Assembly: GCF_030028105.1 (NCBI RefSeq)
Contig: NC_092379.1
Coordinates: 26,157,821-26,221,820 of the forward strand
From: Mobula birostris
Taxonomy: Eukaryota
Length of the DNA: 64,000 bases
Direction: 5' to 3'
Under the pieces are notes generated by a model. It did not search any database, was not told the DNA's origin, and saw only the letters and a program-made list of their open reading frames with translations. This document shows positions 25,701 through 39,030 of this stretch, piece by piece. A program made the position numbers and the translations under genes. Numbering within the stretch: position 1 is the stretch's first letter; every line of letters starts with the position of its first letter.

Positions 25701-26594
25701 AGTGCCTCCCTCTCCGGCTACTATATCCACTTGTTGTTTACTTTATTTGTCTCGCTGTTTTTTCGCTATGTGTTTGTTATTTTTTTTTTTTTTGTTATTT
25801 ACCCTCTCACTTCCTCTCTCGCCTTCTGTACTCTTTGTGTTTGTGGGTGTGCTTATTGTATTATCACCTCAGATCCTTGCATTCATCTTTGTCTCTTTGC
25901 CTTTGAGCCTGCTACTCCGGCAGTATTTCCACGTATTAATTTCTCGCTATAGATGTTCTCCCACTGAGAGTTTGCGAAAGATAGACATTAAACTGAATCG
26001 TTATCCCTCCAGGGCTCGACATGCATGTCTACTCCTGTCTGATTCTGTGTTTTCTTCTTTAAAATGAGAAGAAAAAAAAAAACACAACTGCTCTTTCCGA
26101 GCTAGCAAAACTTTTCTGTCAGTCTATCCAGATGAACACCACGTAGTCCTACGGTTGGCACGGCTCTGCTATAGTTTGTGTCATTTTAGAGTTCGTAGTT
26201 CATTTGTGGCGCTATGTGGCGAAGAGACCCTGTACGTCCACACGATGGATAAGTGGGATTTCCTTCGGAATTCAAAGAATACGGGGTGGGTTAATTGGAA
26301 AATGTAAATTGTTCCATGATGTCCTTGAAATAATCAGCTTTGACGGTGGTTACAAAGACAGCGTGGCTCACGGTTTGTTACACCGTCTCCCGCGGCTGTA
26401 TCGCTACTATTGGAAAAACAACAAATTTGCAGAATACCTACCTATCTATCTATCTATCTATTTCTTTATCTATCTATCTATCTGTCTGTTTGTTTATTTA
26501 TTTATGTATTTATTCATTTATTTAGCGACAGCCCACTAAGGTAACGTATTGCATGTCCAAACGTGCTTTACCAGAGTTGACGGTTGCCGTTGTT

Positions 26595-26639
<45 letters not shown>

Positions 26640-26849
26640 CTTTTCTGGTCCTATCGAGAAGATGACACACTAAATACAATCATTTGCATGTGTCAGGTGT
26701 TTCGTATTTTTTTTTTGTTACTGCATATGCTAATTGAAATGGCTTCTTTTTATGTTATAATTTTAAAAAAAATCTCTGTGATGTTAACTGCTGAGACAGT
26801 GATTTTTTTTTTTTTTTCGAGCAGCTAGCAGCTTGTTTGGGTTATCAGT

Positions 26850-27760
26850 AATGATAAGGAGTGAAAGATCCAATGTGGGTCCATGTTATTCTTTTTTCTG
26901 GGGGTGATATTCTGTTCCATATGGCTGGGAACCGCTGTGTTCCGCGGGTTTTTCAGGAGAGACCGGGAAATGACGGACGTGTTAGAAGCGCTCTGGGCCA
27001 TCACCATGGGTGGTGCCGATCGGCGAGTCGAGGGGTTCGGAGTGGATCGCAGGGTGAAGAGAGAAGACCCAGGGTACTTGAGCTCCAGATGTGTGCACGA
27101 AGAAATTGAACTTTGATAAGTTTGGCGCCTTTTTCTTTCTCTTTTATATTTTAGCTCATTTAATCTCATAGACCCAGGAAGATTCACAAAGTGTAACCTA
27201 TAAAGTGTACACTGTGTGCTGTCTGTTATTTGATGTGTGAGGTCGTACCAGGTGGCATTGCACAGCAGCCGACACAACTGGGACATACGGTTGGGCGGCG
27301 GACGGGGTTTCTCCTAGATAAATACGAGCCGATATGGCTGAGCATTACACAAAGAAAATGGATTGGTAGATATATCGGGAACGGGAATATTATTACGACC
27401 GTGATTACGATGATCAATATTCTTCCTCCTCATTCCAACAATGTGCCTGGGCACCTGTCTCACCAGCCCGTTTTTCTGTGCCTTTTAACGATACATTGAA
27501 GGGAAAGTATTGGTTCCAAGCAATTGTTATCTTTTCCAAACTTCCGAGTGACTGTCATATTTGCCGGAATGGAGAACTCAAGAGAATGCACTCTGCCACA
27601 CTTGGAGTGGCCTTATCTCTTCTGGAACAAAATGGGCCCATATACGTGCTATCGCCCGGCAGACACAGGAGGACGCGATTGATGAAACATGAGTCCGGGC
27701 AGATGGACAGGTGAAATCTTTCAGGAATGTGAACCATCATGGTCTTCACCACAGTAATGC
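26850..27760 (+). mobile_element. Possible endogenous retrovirus env (SU) relic
   Basis: Signal-like MLFFFLGVIFCSIWLGTAVF and RRVKR (26883-27116), WHCxxxxTTGxYxW (27253-27294), an NDT sequon, CxxC DCHIC (27553-27564) and GPYTCY. Several frameshifts and stops. Confidence 0.35.
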
Positions 27761-28049
27761 ACAAAGTCATTCTCTCTGTTCCTCTCTATTCCTATCCAGT
27801 TTTGTGAATTGATCTTTAGTGTATCATTATCCAGAATGATTTCATGAAAACTGGAGAAACCCGGTTCATGACATTTTATTAAATTCCTTTCCTCAAGGAA
27901 ATGAAACAGCATTGAGCAGTGCATTTAGGAATTATGGTTATTCATGTTTGTTGTAACAGCTTCTCAATCGTTGACGACTATTGTTGACGACTTCCAACTC
28001 CGATTAGAAAAATGTCACCTTCTTAGATATGTATGCTCCGCCCTGCTAG

Positions 28050-30760
28050 ACGTACAACTATACGCTATCTTCAGATTCTGCAAGTGATGCTGTGGAGCTG
28101 ATAACGCGAATAAATGGATATCAGACTAATGTAATACTTTCTCTCGCGACCAGCTATGACATCTATACCTGGTCGACATCACCAAATACGACACAATCGA
28201 CATGCCTTCAGAAGAATTGTTGCTTGAAGACACCGTGGAAAGAATAACGGCACATGAAAGCAAGTGGATACGAGGAGTTTAAGTGTTTAAAGCGGGTATC
28301 AAACAGCGATCGCAGAAGGAATCAGGGAGAAGAATTCAATGCAAATATCCCCCAAACAACAATGCCAACGATAGAGCTGAGCGGGGCTGAGCTAACGTGA
28401 ACGCAGCTCCAGAATATTAGAAAGACAGCAAAGTCATCAGCCGCCCCTGGACCGAGCGGTCGACGCTACGTTATATGAAAACTGTCCAAATCGCCTCCGG
28501 TGTTTGTTGATGATAATGAGGAAAATGTTAAAGGATGCCTTGTCCTCAAGAAAAATTATTCATCTGCCATCGTGATGTTTATAACAATCCTCCTCGTCAG
28601 CGAGAAGTGCAGAATACTCTTCTGAATGCCTGCGAGAAGGCTGCCTTCTTAGTTCTGTTTTAGTATTTTGCCTTGTCCATCTCAGGATTAGGTTTTGTTG
28701 GCTAGTGCATTTTGGCCACATGTTCTCATTTATTAAAGAACCACGTGCTGCATTTCAAAACACATTTTGTGTCCCTACAATTTCCTTTAGTCTCATTTTT
28801 TTCCGGTCACAAATTTCCCTCAATGGAGACACACCGTTTCAGTACCTCCACCCAGAAAGGTTCATCCGATTTTTTTCATTGTTTCTTGAATACATCTCAA
28901 TGATCAGACAATTGCCTCGCGAGGTCAGGCACATGGAAGGTAACCTAGCAGTTATCTGGTTATACCTCGCCAACACCAACGGCTCAATACTACAAATCCT
29001 CATCCAGACTGGACTGGACCAGTACTGTATCATACCAGAAGGCAAGACATGATTATCAGCTACCAAAAAGGAGTCAACTGCGCTTCACTTCAGCTCACCT
29101 TACATCCTGCTGGCAAGACGTCTGAAAAAGGATTACAATCGGTTGCACCATCTCACTCATAACGATTTTCATTGCTTTTTATCTCCTCATATTAGCAGCA
29201 ACAGACGTAACCAGTGGCTGTCTCTTGGAGCCCAGCATGGGGGGTTCACTGATGACATCACAATAACAACAGCAAGCCATGTCCACGCAAAATAGATATT
29301 GAAAACCCTAGACAACGTAGCTAGCTGTGCTGGGGCGACCAGGTAGCTACATGGCTAGCCAATATGTCGAGATGCATGGTGTTAAAAAAAAAGGCTAGGC
29401 TACTAGCATGTTGTGTCTTCAAGTACGAAGATAAGTCGTTTCGTCGACTGACGACAAATCAGTGAAATATCTGGAAAGCGGTTTAAAGCAGCAATGCGAG
29501 ACGGCGTCAGCATAATTGACACAGTAATGCAGACAGCAGAGCTGCTGCGGAAGATCGACAGAACTGATGTGACAGGTAAAATTAAGGCATGAAGTAACAA
29601 TATGATCTGCTCCATGTCTGCTCTGGCTTTTGAAGTTGTACGAGATCCCCAGGGCTACTGTAGAATGTATCAATAGGACAGTGAGCATGCACTTGAGAGG
29701 GAGGCTGGAGATTCTCCCATTGTTTTCTTCAGTGTGTCTCTGCATATGAACAGGCCAGCTACAGCTCCCTTTGTCATCGGTATTGAAGAAGTTCAAGGTA
29801 GCAATGTGTTGAGTTTTGTTAGCAGTAGGGAACTCCGATAACAAGCGAATAAACCAAGCGGGAGCTACAAAAAGTTCGGACCGTCAACTCGGCCATAGGC
29901 AAAACAGTGAGAGTTCAGCAATTGGGATACATCATTCGCAAACCAATCTGGAGACGGCAAGAGCCCGGCTCCCCATACTTTCCTCTATAGAGGAGTGCAA
30001 GTTAGAGGATAGGTTTTACATGGCACATCAGTGACATTACTGATGTGCTCATTGGACGTCTGGACGAAAAAGGATCTTATCAAGCCTAAGATTACGTGGG
30101 CTGAGTTTGAAGACTGGAGTCCTTCGCCTTTCCTTTCAGGCATGTTGTCAGTTTGTAACAGTCTCCCTACTCTATTCAGTTGAACTCAAGGCTAGGAGAG
30201 AGAAACATAATTGCCAGATATGTAGTCTGCAGGATGCACTGACGTAAGACATCTAAAGATGCAAAACAGCTTTAACACAGACGCTATCGTTAGCACCAGG
30301 ATAAAGTCCCTCTGTTCCGCCCTGACACACTGGAACGACAGAGGTGTAACACGAGACTAGATGGCGGAAAGAGGAAGCAGGACGGTCATTTTCATCAAAA
30401 GGAGGAAATGCCAATGCCATCAAAGAGGCCTAATTCCTTCTGCTGCAAACTGCCAAATGATATAAGATGAATGTTGATGTGGCGTGGAAGCTGCATTTCA
30501 AGGAGTCAGTACAGACCAGAAATTGTGCTACGAACTACAAAATAAAACAAAAAAACAAAGGAAGAAAAAATATCCTGGTGGAGATCACTGTACCATGGGT
30601 GGAAGGATGCGAGGAGGCCCACAATACGAAGGCCCTGAAGAACCAGTGCGTGAGCATCCGGACAAATGTTGTCAGACATGGCTATTCGCTGTGGATATCA
30701 GATGTAGAGTTTCCACAACAGAGTTAGCTTGGAAGTTTTTGTCTGCGCTGGCTTGACCTT
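28050..30760 (+). mobile_element. HERO/NeSL-like non-LTR retrotransposon with a restriction-like endonuclease, decayed
   Basis: APGPSG RT-domain-0 motif near 28440 and C-terminal ILVEITVPWVEGCEEAHNTKALK (30467-30727). Boundaries are approximate. Confidence 0.7.
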
Positions 30761-31029
30761 AACGAAGAGACTCATGAACGAGTAGCTCATATACTGGGGG
30801 AGGAAGTAGAGAAAGAGCCGCTTTCTGGGTATAGTGCAGGCGAGTGGTGTGAAATTGGCGTCAGGATTTCCTGGGCAGTAACTTGCTGAATCCGACAACT
30901 GGAAAGTGGAGTAGTAACGCAGAAACACTCTATGAAAGCTGGGCATCACCTGACGACATCTTCTCCTGTTCAAAAGCTACAGTTACATCATCAGTTAACT
31001 GAAGAGAGTACCTGGTGTGAAACGCATGT

Positions 31030-31740
31030 TTTTTGATCCTCTTCAGTATGGATGGATGGAAGAAGAACTGGCGGCGTCATATACGCAGAGGCGTAGTATA
31101 AAATGATACGTGTGACTGGCCGCAGTGAAGAGTATGGCTGCTGCGTATATAGCTGCCCGGTCAGTATTGCCATGAGACAATATCGGCCTGCTATATTACT
31201 GTTTATAATATGTAATGGCGCACAGATATTAACTGTTCTCGTGCAGAAGGACTTAGAACAATGTGAAGTTGAGATCAATCAAAGTGCACCATCGAGGTTC
31301 AGAGTGCAGAACGGCTAAAATGGCACTTATGTTCGGTATACCTTGAGAAATTAGCTGTGCTATCTAGTTGTCATCTCGCACAGCTTGCACAAACCACGGT
31401 CATCCGGACTGCCTGCTTTTGGAATGGGACATATTGTGAATAAAATTGAGCATCTTCAGACGATTTATCATTATCATTCCAGTATCGGCACCTGGAAGAA
31501 TGAGTGGAGGACTCGGTACGTCACATACGTAGAGACATATTATAAAATTACACGTGTAGCTGGCAGCAGTGAAGTGTCCGGTAGCTGCATATGTCGCTGG
31601 ACGGTTAGTATAGCCCAGAGACTAACTCATCCAGCAATATTATTGTTCATTATATGTAAAGGCGCACAAATGTTGAGTATCCTACTGCGCAGGCACCTAG
31701 ATCATCAATCTGAACGGTGCCCGGGATTTGTAATGTTAAC
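31030..31740 (+). pseudogene. Two diverged tandem promoter+leader-like cassettes without a recognisable intact V exon
   Basis: Unit 1: CGTCA 31075, TATAAAA 31097, ATG 31172 MRQYRPAILLFII, phase-1 GTAATG 31212. Unit 2: ACGTCA 31518, TATAAAA 31541, CAG in place of ATG, PAILLFII, GTAAAG 31656. Confidence 0.4.
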
Positions 31741-31999
31741 CGTTTCACTACGTGACTCATATATTTAAGGTTACAGTGGTCTTTATTCCCAGGGGTAAAT
31801 GATATACTGTGTAATGCCCGTCCAGGAAGTAATTTATCCGAGAACGAAAAAGCTGGATGTTGGTGGCTATCCTTTCAGGTCTAAAGAAAATAACAGAAAG
31901 CAAAGGTGAAAAAGTCGACCGGAATGTTCTTTGGCTTTTCCTTATTTTCAACGGTAATATAAATGAGTGTGCTACTTCGGGTCATTCATAAATAAAATA

Positions 32000-32659
32000 A
32001 ATGTTTGTACCAGGACAGGTCCAATCTGTTCCAGTTGCATTCCTGCACTATTTTCCCACGTATCTTTAAAACGGAAAATCTAATCTTTTACGGGCTCATA
32101 GGTTTTCGATTTCATCTCGAGAGCTCGGCAAAATCAGCTTGCTGTTTGGGCCAACTATGATTATTTCATTGGTCTTTTCAAATCATGGGTGTCTGCTTAG
32201 TGACGATCCGTTCGCCTTCATCTGCTTTCTGTACTCAATCCCCATTTGCTCTCCGGGGTACCGTGAATCGTTGTACCATTATGTAACTCACATGTCATAC
32301 AGAAATCGCTATTTCCTGCTACTGCTCAGTAGACTGTACTGTCTTGGTCTGTGACCAGCAGTGCACCACTGCACCCTGTGAAATGTCCATAGGATGTGAC
32401 TGCTAGAAGAAGGTGCCCCGAGTTAAGGCAGTGGAGTTATCGGGGCACCCATTTGACGGTGTTTCCGTAGCAAGCTATTCTTGTTTTTACGAGGCCGAGT
32501 TGCTAGCTCGAATCTCAACCCGATTTCGATTCATGCTCGGGAACCTTCGCTGATATTATTGCGCCACCAAGCGGGATATTATAATATAAGTACTGGGCTA
32601 AAGCTTGTGTACTCACCTGAGATTAAACGGAAGTTTTAAAAAAAACACAGAAAAAACAT
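32000..32659 (-). pseudogene. Eroded V-gene relic (leader, intron with a small insertion, V exon start)
   Basis: ATG 32659, 43-nt exon MFFLCFF*NFRLIS+G with a perfect CAG|GTGAGT donor. Acceptor catttcacag|GG TGC AGT GGT (GCSG) at 32375, then VT(Q)TKTVQS and WY..PGEQM remnants. No intact RSS. Confidence 0.45.
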
Positions 32660-33143
32660 GGCTTTCACTTTGCTCCTATAATAAAACTAACCAGGTGTGC
32701 AAAAGTACGCCTGACACACATTAAATGATGCCTTAAACTTCATTGGTTGCTAATTGCTCATTTTTACCTATTTTTTGTTCTCCAAAGCTTCGACGTCAGT
32801 GCCTGACCATGAATCACTTCATAATAAAAATGATTGTCGAAATTATGACGGCCATTCCCAATGTCTGATGTCGTGTTGTACTGCATCAGCCGCCCCTCCT
32901 GCAACTTCCTACAAACTATGGGCGTGTGTTTTGACGTTTCGAACGATTGTTGATAACGGAATCTGAGAAATAAAGAAGCAGACCTGCTTCTCTTTCTGTA
33001 TGTTTCAAAGGCTGTGCCGATAGTCCGATTGGACAAAACAAATTACTCTCAGCAGCAAACCTCCTTACATATTTAAGCCCCCCATTAAATTCGTACTCTT
33101 TTACATATTTTTCTAGCTTTCTTTGCAATCTGAGCCCACAGAT
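32658..33143 (+). pseudogene. Possible second eroded V relic on the plus strand
   Basis: ATG-hydrophobic segment with stops, phase-1 donor 32695, 93-bp intron to a polypyrimidine-AG at 32787, an LY(W)HQPP-like remnant, and FLC..CC CACAGAT at ~33137. Confidence 0.25.
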
Positions 33144-33399
33144 TGGCTTCTATTTAGAAGCTTACTTATAATTCCCAAATGTGTTGTTTTCCTTCTTTCA
33201 ACTTCCGAATCCCACCAAGGAGGATTTAATGTTCTCTGACCATAATACTACCTTTATAAAGATGTAATTCCGTCTCATCCAATCCACCAATCCACCACAT
33301 TTGTCTTCCTTTCTGCCTTTTCTGTTCGGAGTATAGTATTTGATCTTAAATTCCCAAATATGGCACACTTTTTGCCATGACTTAGTAACGCCCACATTT

Positions 33400-33795
33400 T
33401 CATACCAGTCAATCTTTAATTACGCCCGAAATTCTTCCATCATATCCGTTAGTTTTGCAAGACCAGGGATCTGCGCCTGGAAGGTATTTACTCTCCAGGG
33501 TGCAGGCCTAGGCAAGGCTGTATGGAAGACTCGCAGTTGCCCATGCTGCAAGTCTCCACTCTCCACGACACCGATGCCGTCGAAGAGAAGGGCATTAGGA
33601 CCCATACAACTTGGCACCAATGTCGTTGCAGAACACTGTGGATTAAGTGCCCTGCTGAAGGATACAACACACTGCTTCGGCTCAGGCTCGAGCTCACGAC
33701 CTTCCTTCATAGAACATAGAACATAGAACATAGAAATCAGATCTATGTATATTCAGATCGATAGTCGAAAGCCTTAACCACATGGCCACGTGCTG
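33400..33795 (-). mobile_element. SINE-like repeat (related copy at 48330-48570)
   Basis: Shared sequence with 48330-48570 (aagtgcc.tgctgaaggatacaacac...gaccttc...ccacgtg); this copy is interrupted by a (catagaa)n tract. Confidence 0.5.
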
Positions 33796-33899
33796 AGAAG
33801 GCTAAAGAGCATTGAAATAACAAAAAAAAAGAAAAAAAAATCAACCCTGCATTTTCCGGCCTTTCGATTGTTGCCTCTGTGGTATCATTTAACTCTTTG

Positions 33900-34760
33900 C
33901 TCACTCTAGGCAGGAATACCTGATCTTTGGTTTGTCTTCCCTTACATTCATGTTACAACCATCATCCACTTGTGAACCTGTGGCTCATCCTCAGCTCTGT
34001 CTACGTGTTTCCCATCTCCCTGCCATATTATTTCAAACAACTCTAGTAAATCTGCCCGCAAGAATTTTGACCCTCCGGGTTCATATGCAACGCCTCCCTG
34101 CTGTAAGAGTTCCACATACCCCAGAGGAGATCTCAATTATTGAGAAACCAGAATCCTTGCATCCTGCTCCAATTCCCAACCACACATTTATCTGCCACCT
34201 TACTCTGTTCCTATGCTCAATGTCACGTGGCACAAGCAGCAATCTCGAGATTGCTACACTTGAGGTCCTGCACCTCAGTTTTCCTTCCTTACTCTCTATT
34301 TTTTTTTTTTTCAGGACTTCCTCCTGGTTTTTTCCTATGTCGTCGGTACCATTTGGTACCCCGACTTCTGGCTGCTCAAACTCCTTTTTCAGTATATTCT
34401 GGACGCGTCTATATACATTTATGACACCACGACCCATTAAGAAAACTGCCCTCCACGTTTTCTTTTTTTCGTCCATAGATTATTTTATCTGACCCCTGAC
34501 AATACTGTCCACTGTTACTGCTGATATCGTGTTCAATTCCTTATTCTTCTGTGCCACTGGGCCAAAGTCATTGCGAGAAGCACAGCCGCTGTTGCATTAC
34601 CCAGTTAAGCAGTTCCCCACAAACAACACTCAAAATGGATAACCTATTGTTGAGGGAGGCGGCCACAGGTGTGCTCATCGCTATCTTTTTTTTATCCCTT
34701 CCCTCTCCTGACAATCACATTTACCGATCCCCTGTTGAGTTGATGTGACTCTTGCTCCTG
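33900..34760 (-). mobile_element. CR1 ORF1 fragment
   Basis: QPEVGVPNGTDDIG...RTSSVAISRLLLVPR in ORF 34081-34476. Confidence 0.75.
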
Positions 34761-34899
34761 TCTATCACAAGGCGAACGTCATTCAGCTACAGGTCCTGCT
34801 CCCGTATACGGACATTACCGATCTGCATTTCGATGCACCTGGCGCAGATGTAGACATCAGAACAGCTGGAGCTCTCCTGAAAATACCACAACTGACACC

Positions 34900-35365
34900 C
34901 AGAACAGAACACTGGCCTTGTAGGGAAGGGGGGGGGGCGGGAATTACCGGAAGTTGTAGAATTCTATGTTCATTCCCTCTCTTCCTCTATCCCTATGTCA
35001 CTCTGGCCCCTCTGCCAGCTGCCTACCCCCTTCCTCTTGGTTCCGCCTCCTTCTACTACCCATTGTGTTTTCCCCTATTCTTTCTTCACCTTTACCGCCT
35101 ATCACCTCCCTGTCTCCCTTCCCCCACCTCTTTATCTTTACTGTTACTGGTTTTTCACCTGAAACCTACCAGCCTTCTCCTTCCCACCCTCCCCCCACCT
35201 TCTTTATAGGGTCTCTGCCCCTTCCCCCTACAGTCCTGAAGAAGGAATCAGGCTGAAACGTCGACTGATCGTTTCCACGGATGCTGCCCGACATGCTGAG
35301 TTCCTCCAGCGTGTTGTGAGTGTTGCTTTGCCCCCAGCATTTGCAGATTATTTTGTGTTTAGTAA
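34900..35365. mobile_element. Penelope-like repeat with an internal inversion
   Basis: Homologous to 21793-22317, with parts in both orientations. Confidence 0.55.
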
Positions 35366-35369
35366 ATCT

Positions 35370-38300
35370 CCTCGTACTCTCTCAATTTTATTGCAATCTT
35401 TCCTAAAATTTCGAACCAGAACTGTACACAATACTCCAAAGTTGGCCTTACCAATGCCTTATACAATTTCAACATTGCATCCCAACTCCTATACGCAATG
35501 CTCTGATTAATAAAAGCAGCATACCAAAAGCTTTGCTCACCACCCTATCCACATAAGATTTCTCCTTCAGGGAACTATGCACCATTATTCCTAGATCCGT
35601 CTGTTCTACAGCATTCTTCAATGCCCTACCATTTACCATGTATGTCCTATTTTGATTAGTCCTACCAAAATATAGCATTAAACTCCATCTCCCACTTTTC
35701 AGACCATTCTTCAAACTGGCCTAAGTCTCTCTGCAAGCTTTGAAAACCTACTTCATTATCCACAAAGCCACCTATCTTAGTATCATCTGCATACTTACTA
35801 ATCCAAATGTCCACCATTCCATCATCCAGATCATTAACACATATGACAAACAACATTGGAACCAGTACAGATCCCTGAGGCACACTGCTAAACACCGTCC
35901 TCCAATCTGACGCAGAGTAATCCACCACTACTCTTGGTGACTCCCATCCAGCCACTGCTGAATCCATTTTGCTACTTCGATATTAACGCCTAACGATTGA
36001 ACCTTCTGAACTAAACTTCTGTGTGGATCCTTGTCAAATGCCTTATTGAAGTCCATATAGATATCATCCACTGCTTTACCCTCGTCAACTTTCCTGGTAA
36101 CCTCATCAAATAAATTCAATAAGATTTGTCAAACACGACCTTCCACTCACAAATCCATGTTGTCTGTTCCTAATCATACACTGTATATACAGATAATTAT
36201 ATATACCATCTCTTACCATATACTTTCCATCAATTTACCCACCACTGACGTCAAACTCACAGGTGGATAATTGCTAGGCGTACTCTTAGAACCCTTTTTA
36301 AACAATGGAACCGTATGAGAAATACGCCAATTCTCCGACACCATCGCCGTTTCTAATGACATTTGAAATATTTCTTTCAGAGCGCCTGTTATTTCGACAC
36401 TAATTTCCCTCAAAGTCGAAGGGAATATCTTGTCCGGACCCGGAAACTTATCCACTTTTATATTTCTTAAAAGCGCCAGTACTTCCTCTTCTTTAATCGT
36501 CATACTTTCCATAACTATCCTTCGTGTTTCCTTTACCTTACATAATGCAATATCCTCCTCCTTAGAGAATACCGAATAAAATAAATCGTGCACAATCTCC
36601 CCCGGCACAGAGCCGTCCACTCTGATTCTCTACGGGACCAATTGTATCCTTCACTATCCTTTTGCTATTAATATAACTGTAGAAACCTTTTGGATGCATT
36701 GTCACCTTACTTGCTAAAGCAGCCCCATATCTTCTTTTAGCTTTTCTACTTTCTTTCTTGAGATCTTTTTACATTTTTTATATTCCTCGAGCACCTCGTT
36801 AACTCCAAACTGCCTATATTTATTGTAATTCCCTCTCTTTTTTTTTTCCGAACCAACTTTCCTATGTCCCTATAAAACCATGGCTTCTCTTAATTTTAAC
36901 CTTTCCTTTCAACCTAACAGGAACATATATTTCCTGTACTCTCAAAATTTCACCTTTAAATGACCTCAATTTCTGTATTACGTTCTTCCCATAAAACAAA
37001 TTGTCCCAATCCACTTATTTTAAAACTTTCACATTCCTCAAATTTAGCCTTTCTCCAATTAAAAATCTCAAACCTGGGTTCAGTCCTATCCTTCTCCTTA
37101 ATTATATTGACACGAACGATATTGTGATCACTGGACCAGAAGTTCTCCTCAAAACATGCCTCCGTCACCTGCCCTATCGCATTCCCTAACAGGAGATATA
37201 ACATTGTCCCTTCTCTAGTTGGCACTTCTATGTATTGCTACAAAAAAGCTATTTTGCACACATCTGACAAACTGCAAATCATCAAGCCCTTTTACACAAT
37301 GGGCTTCCCATTCTATGTGTGGAAATTAAAATTTCCTACAATCACACCCTTGTGCTTACTAGAAATATCTGCTATCTCCTTACAAGTTTGCTCCTCCAGT
37401 TCTTGGTTCCCATTAGCTAGTCTATAATACACCCCTCTTAGCGTCACTACAGCTTTCCTATTCCTCAATTCCAACCAAATAACCTCCCTAGACGAGTTCA
37501 CTGATCTATTCTACCAGAGCACCGCTGTTATATTTTCTCTGACAAACAATGCAAATCCTCCCCCTCTTGCCCCTCCTATTCTATCACACCAGACGCAACG
37601 AAATCCTCGGATATTTAGTTGTCAATCAAACCAACTCTGCAGCCACATTTCACTAATAGCTACAACATCATATTTCCAGGAATCAATCCATGTCCTAAGC
37701 TCATCCACCTTTCTTAAAATGCTCCTACCATTAAAATAGATGCATTTAAGTAACTCTCCACCTCTTACTCTCTGTTTATCCTTAATGGAGCAAATAGCTT
37801 TGTTACCTATTTCTTCCTTGTCCCCTACATCTTTGCTCTGAGCGTTCCTAATCTCTGTCCCCTGCCTATCCTCCCTCACACACTGTCTACTAGCTTTCTC
37901 TGTTTCTGATCAAACCTCCTCTCACCTCGTCCCTTTAATTTGATTCCCACCCCCCAACCATTCTTGTTTAGTCTCACCATAGTAGCCCTAGCAAATCTCT
38001 TTGCCAGGATATTGGTCCCCCTTGGATTCAAGTGTAACCCGTCCTTTTTGCACAGCTCACACCTGCGCCAGAAGAGGTCCCAATGATCCAAAAGCTCGAA
38101 TCTCTGTCCCCTGCTCCAATCCGTCAGCCACGCATATATCCGCCACCCCACTGCACTCCGACTCTCACTGTCGCGTAGCACCGGTAGTAATCTCCAGATT
38201 ACTACCTTTGCACTCATTTTTCTCAACTCCCTTACTAAATCCCTATATTCTGCTTTCAGGACCCCTCCCCTTTTCCTACCTATGTCACTGGGACCTAAAT

Positions 38301-39030
38301 GTACCACGACGTCTTACTCCTCTCCATCACACTTTGGGATATCTTGGACGCGATCACAAAAATCCCGAACCCTGGAACCAAGGAGGCAAACTACCATCCA
38401 TGTACCTGACTGCGTTCACAGAATCGCCTATCTGAATCCCTAACAGTCGAGTCCCATATTACTACGGCCCACCTCTTCCTTTCCCTACCCTTCTGAGCTA
38501 CAATGCCGGACACTGTGCCGGAGGCACGGCCACTCTTGCATCCCCCAGGTAAGATTCCACGCCCCCCCCAACAGTAATCAAACAGGACTACGTAGTGTCA
38601 AGCGTTACAGCCACTGAGGTACTCTCTATTACCTGACTCTTGCTCTTCCCCCTCCTAACGGTGACCAACTTCTCTCCCTCCAGTGGCCCATGTGTGACCA
38701 CCTGCCTGTAACTACTCTCTATCAACTCCACACTCTCCCTGGTCAGACGAAGTTAATTGAGCTGCAGCTCCATTTCCCTAACGCGGTCTCTTAGGAGCTG
38801 CAACTCGGCGCACCTGACGCAGATGAGGCTGCGAGACTCCACGACCTCCCACATCCGGCACTGAGAACAACAAGCTGCCCTCACACTCATACTTACCCTT
38901 CTCCTCAAATAACAAAACAAAAATGAATACCAAACCTTCCTCACCTCGCATGTTTCCGCCTGAGCCCGTAGAGCCAAAGCCCTTAAACCTTTACTCTGCT
39001 CCCCGCACTCCGCTGCCCGCTGTGTATGGC
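35370..39030 (-). mobile_element. CR1 LINE, 5' end through RT
   Basis: ORF1 (VHLGPSDIG), endonuclease (YDVVAISEMWL, GVYYR, IVGNFN) and RT (VPQGSVL, KYADDTKIGG). Confidence 0.9.

Noticed and set aside
25412-26067. Hydrophobic 164-193 aa ORFs
   Set aside because: Artefacts of CT microsatellite and low-complexity sequence.
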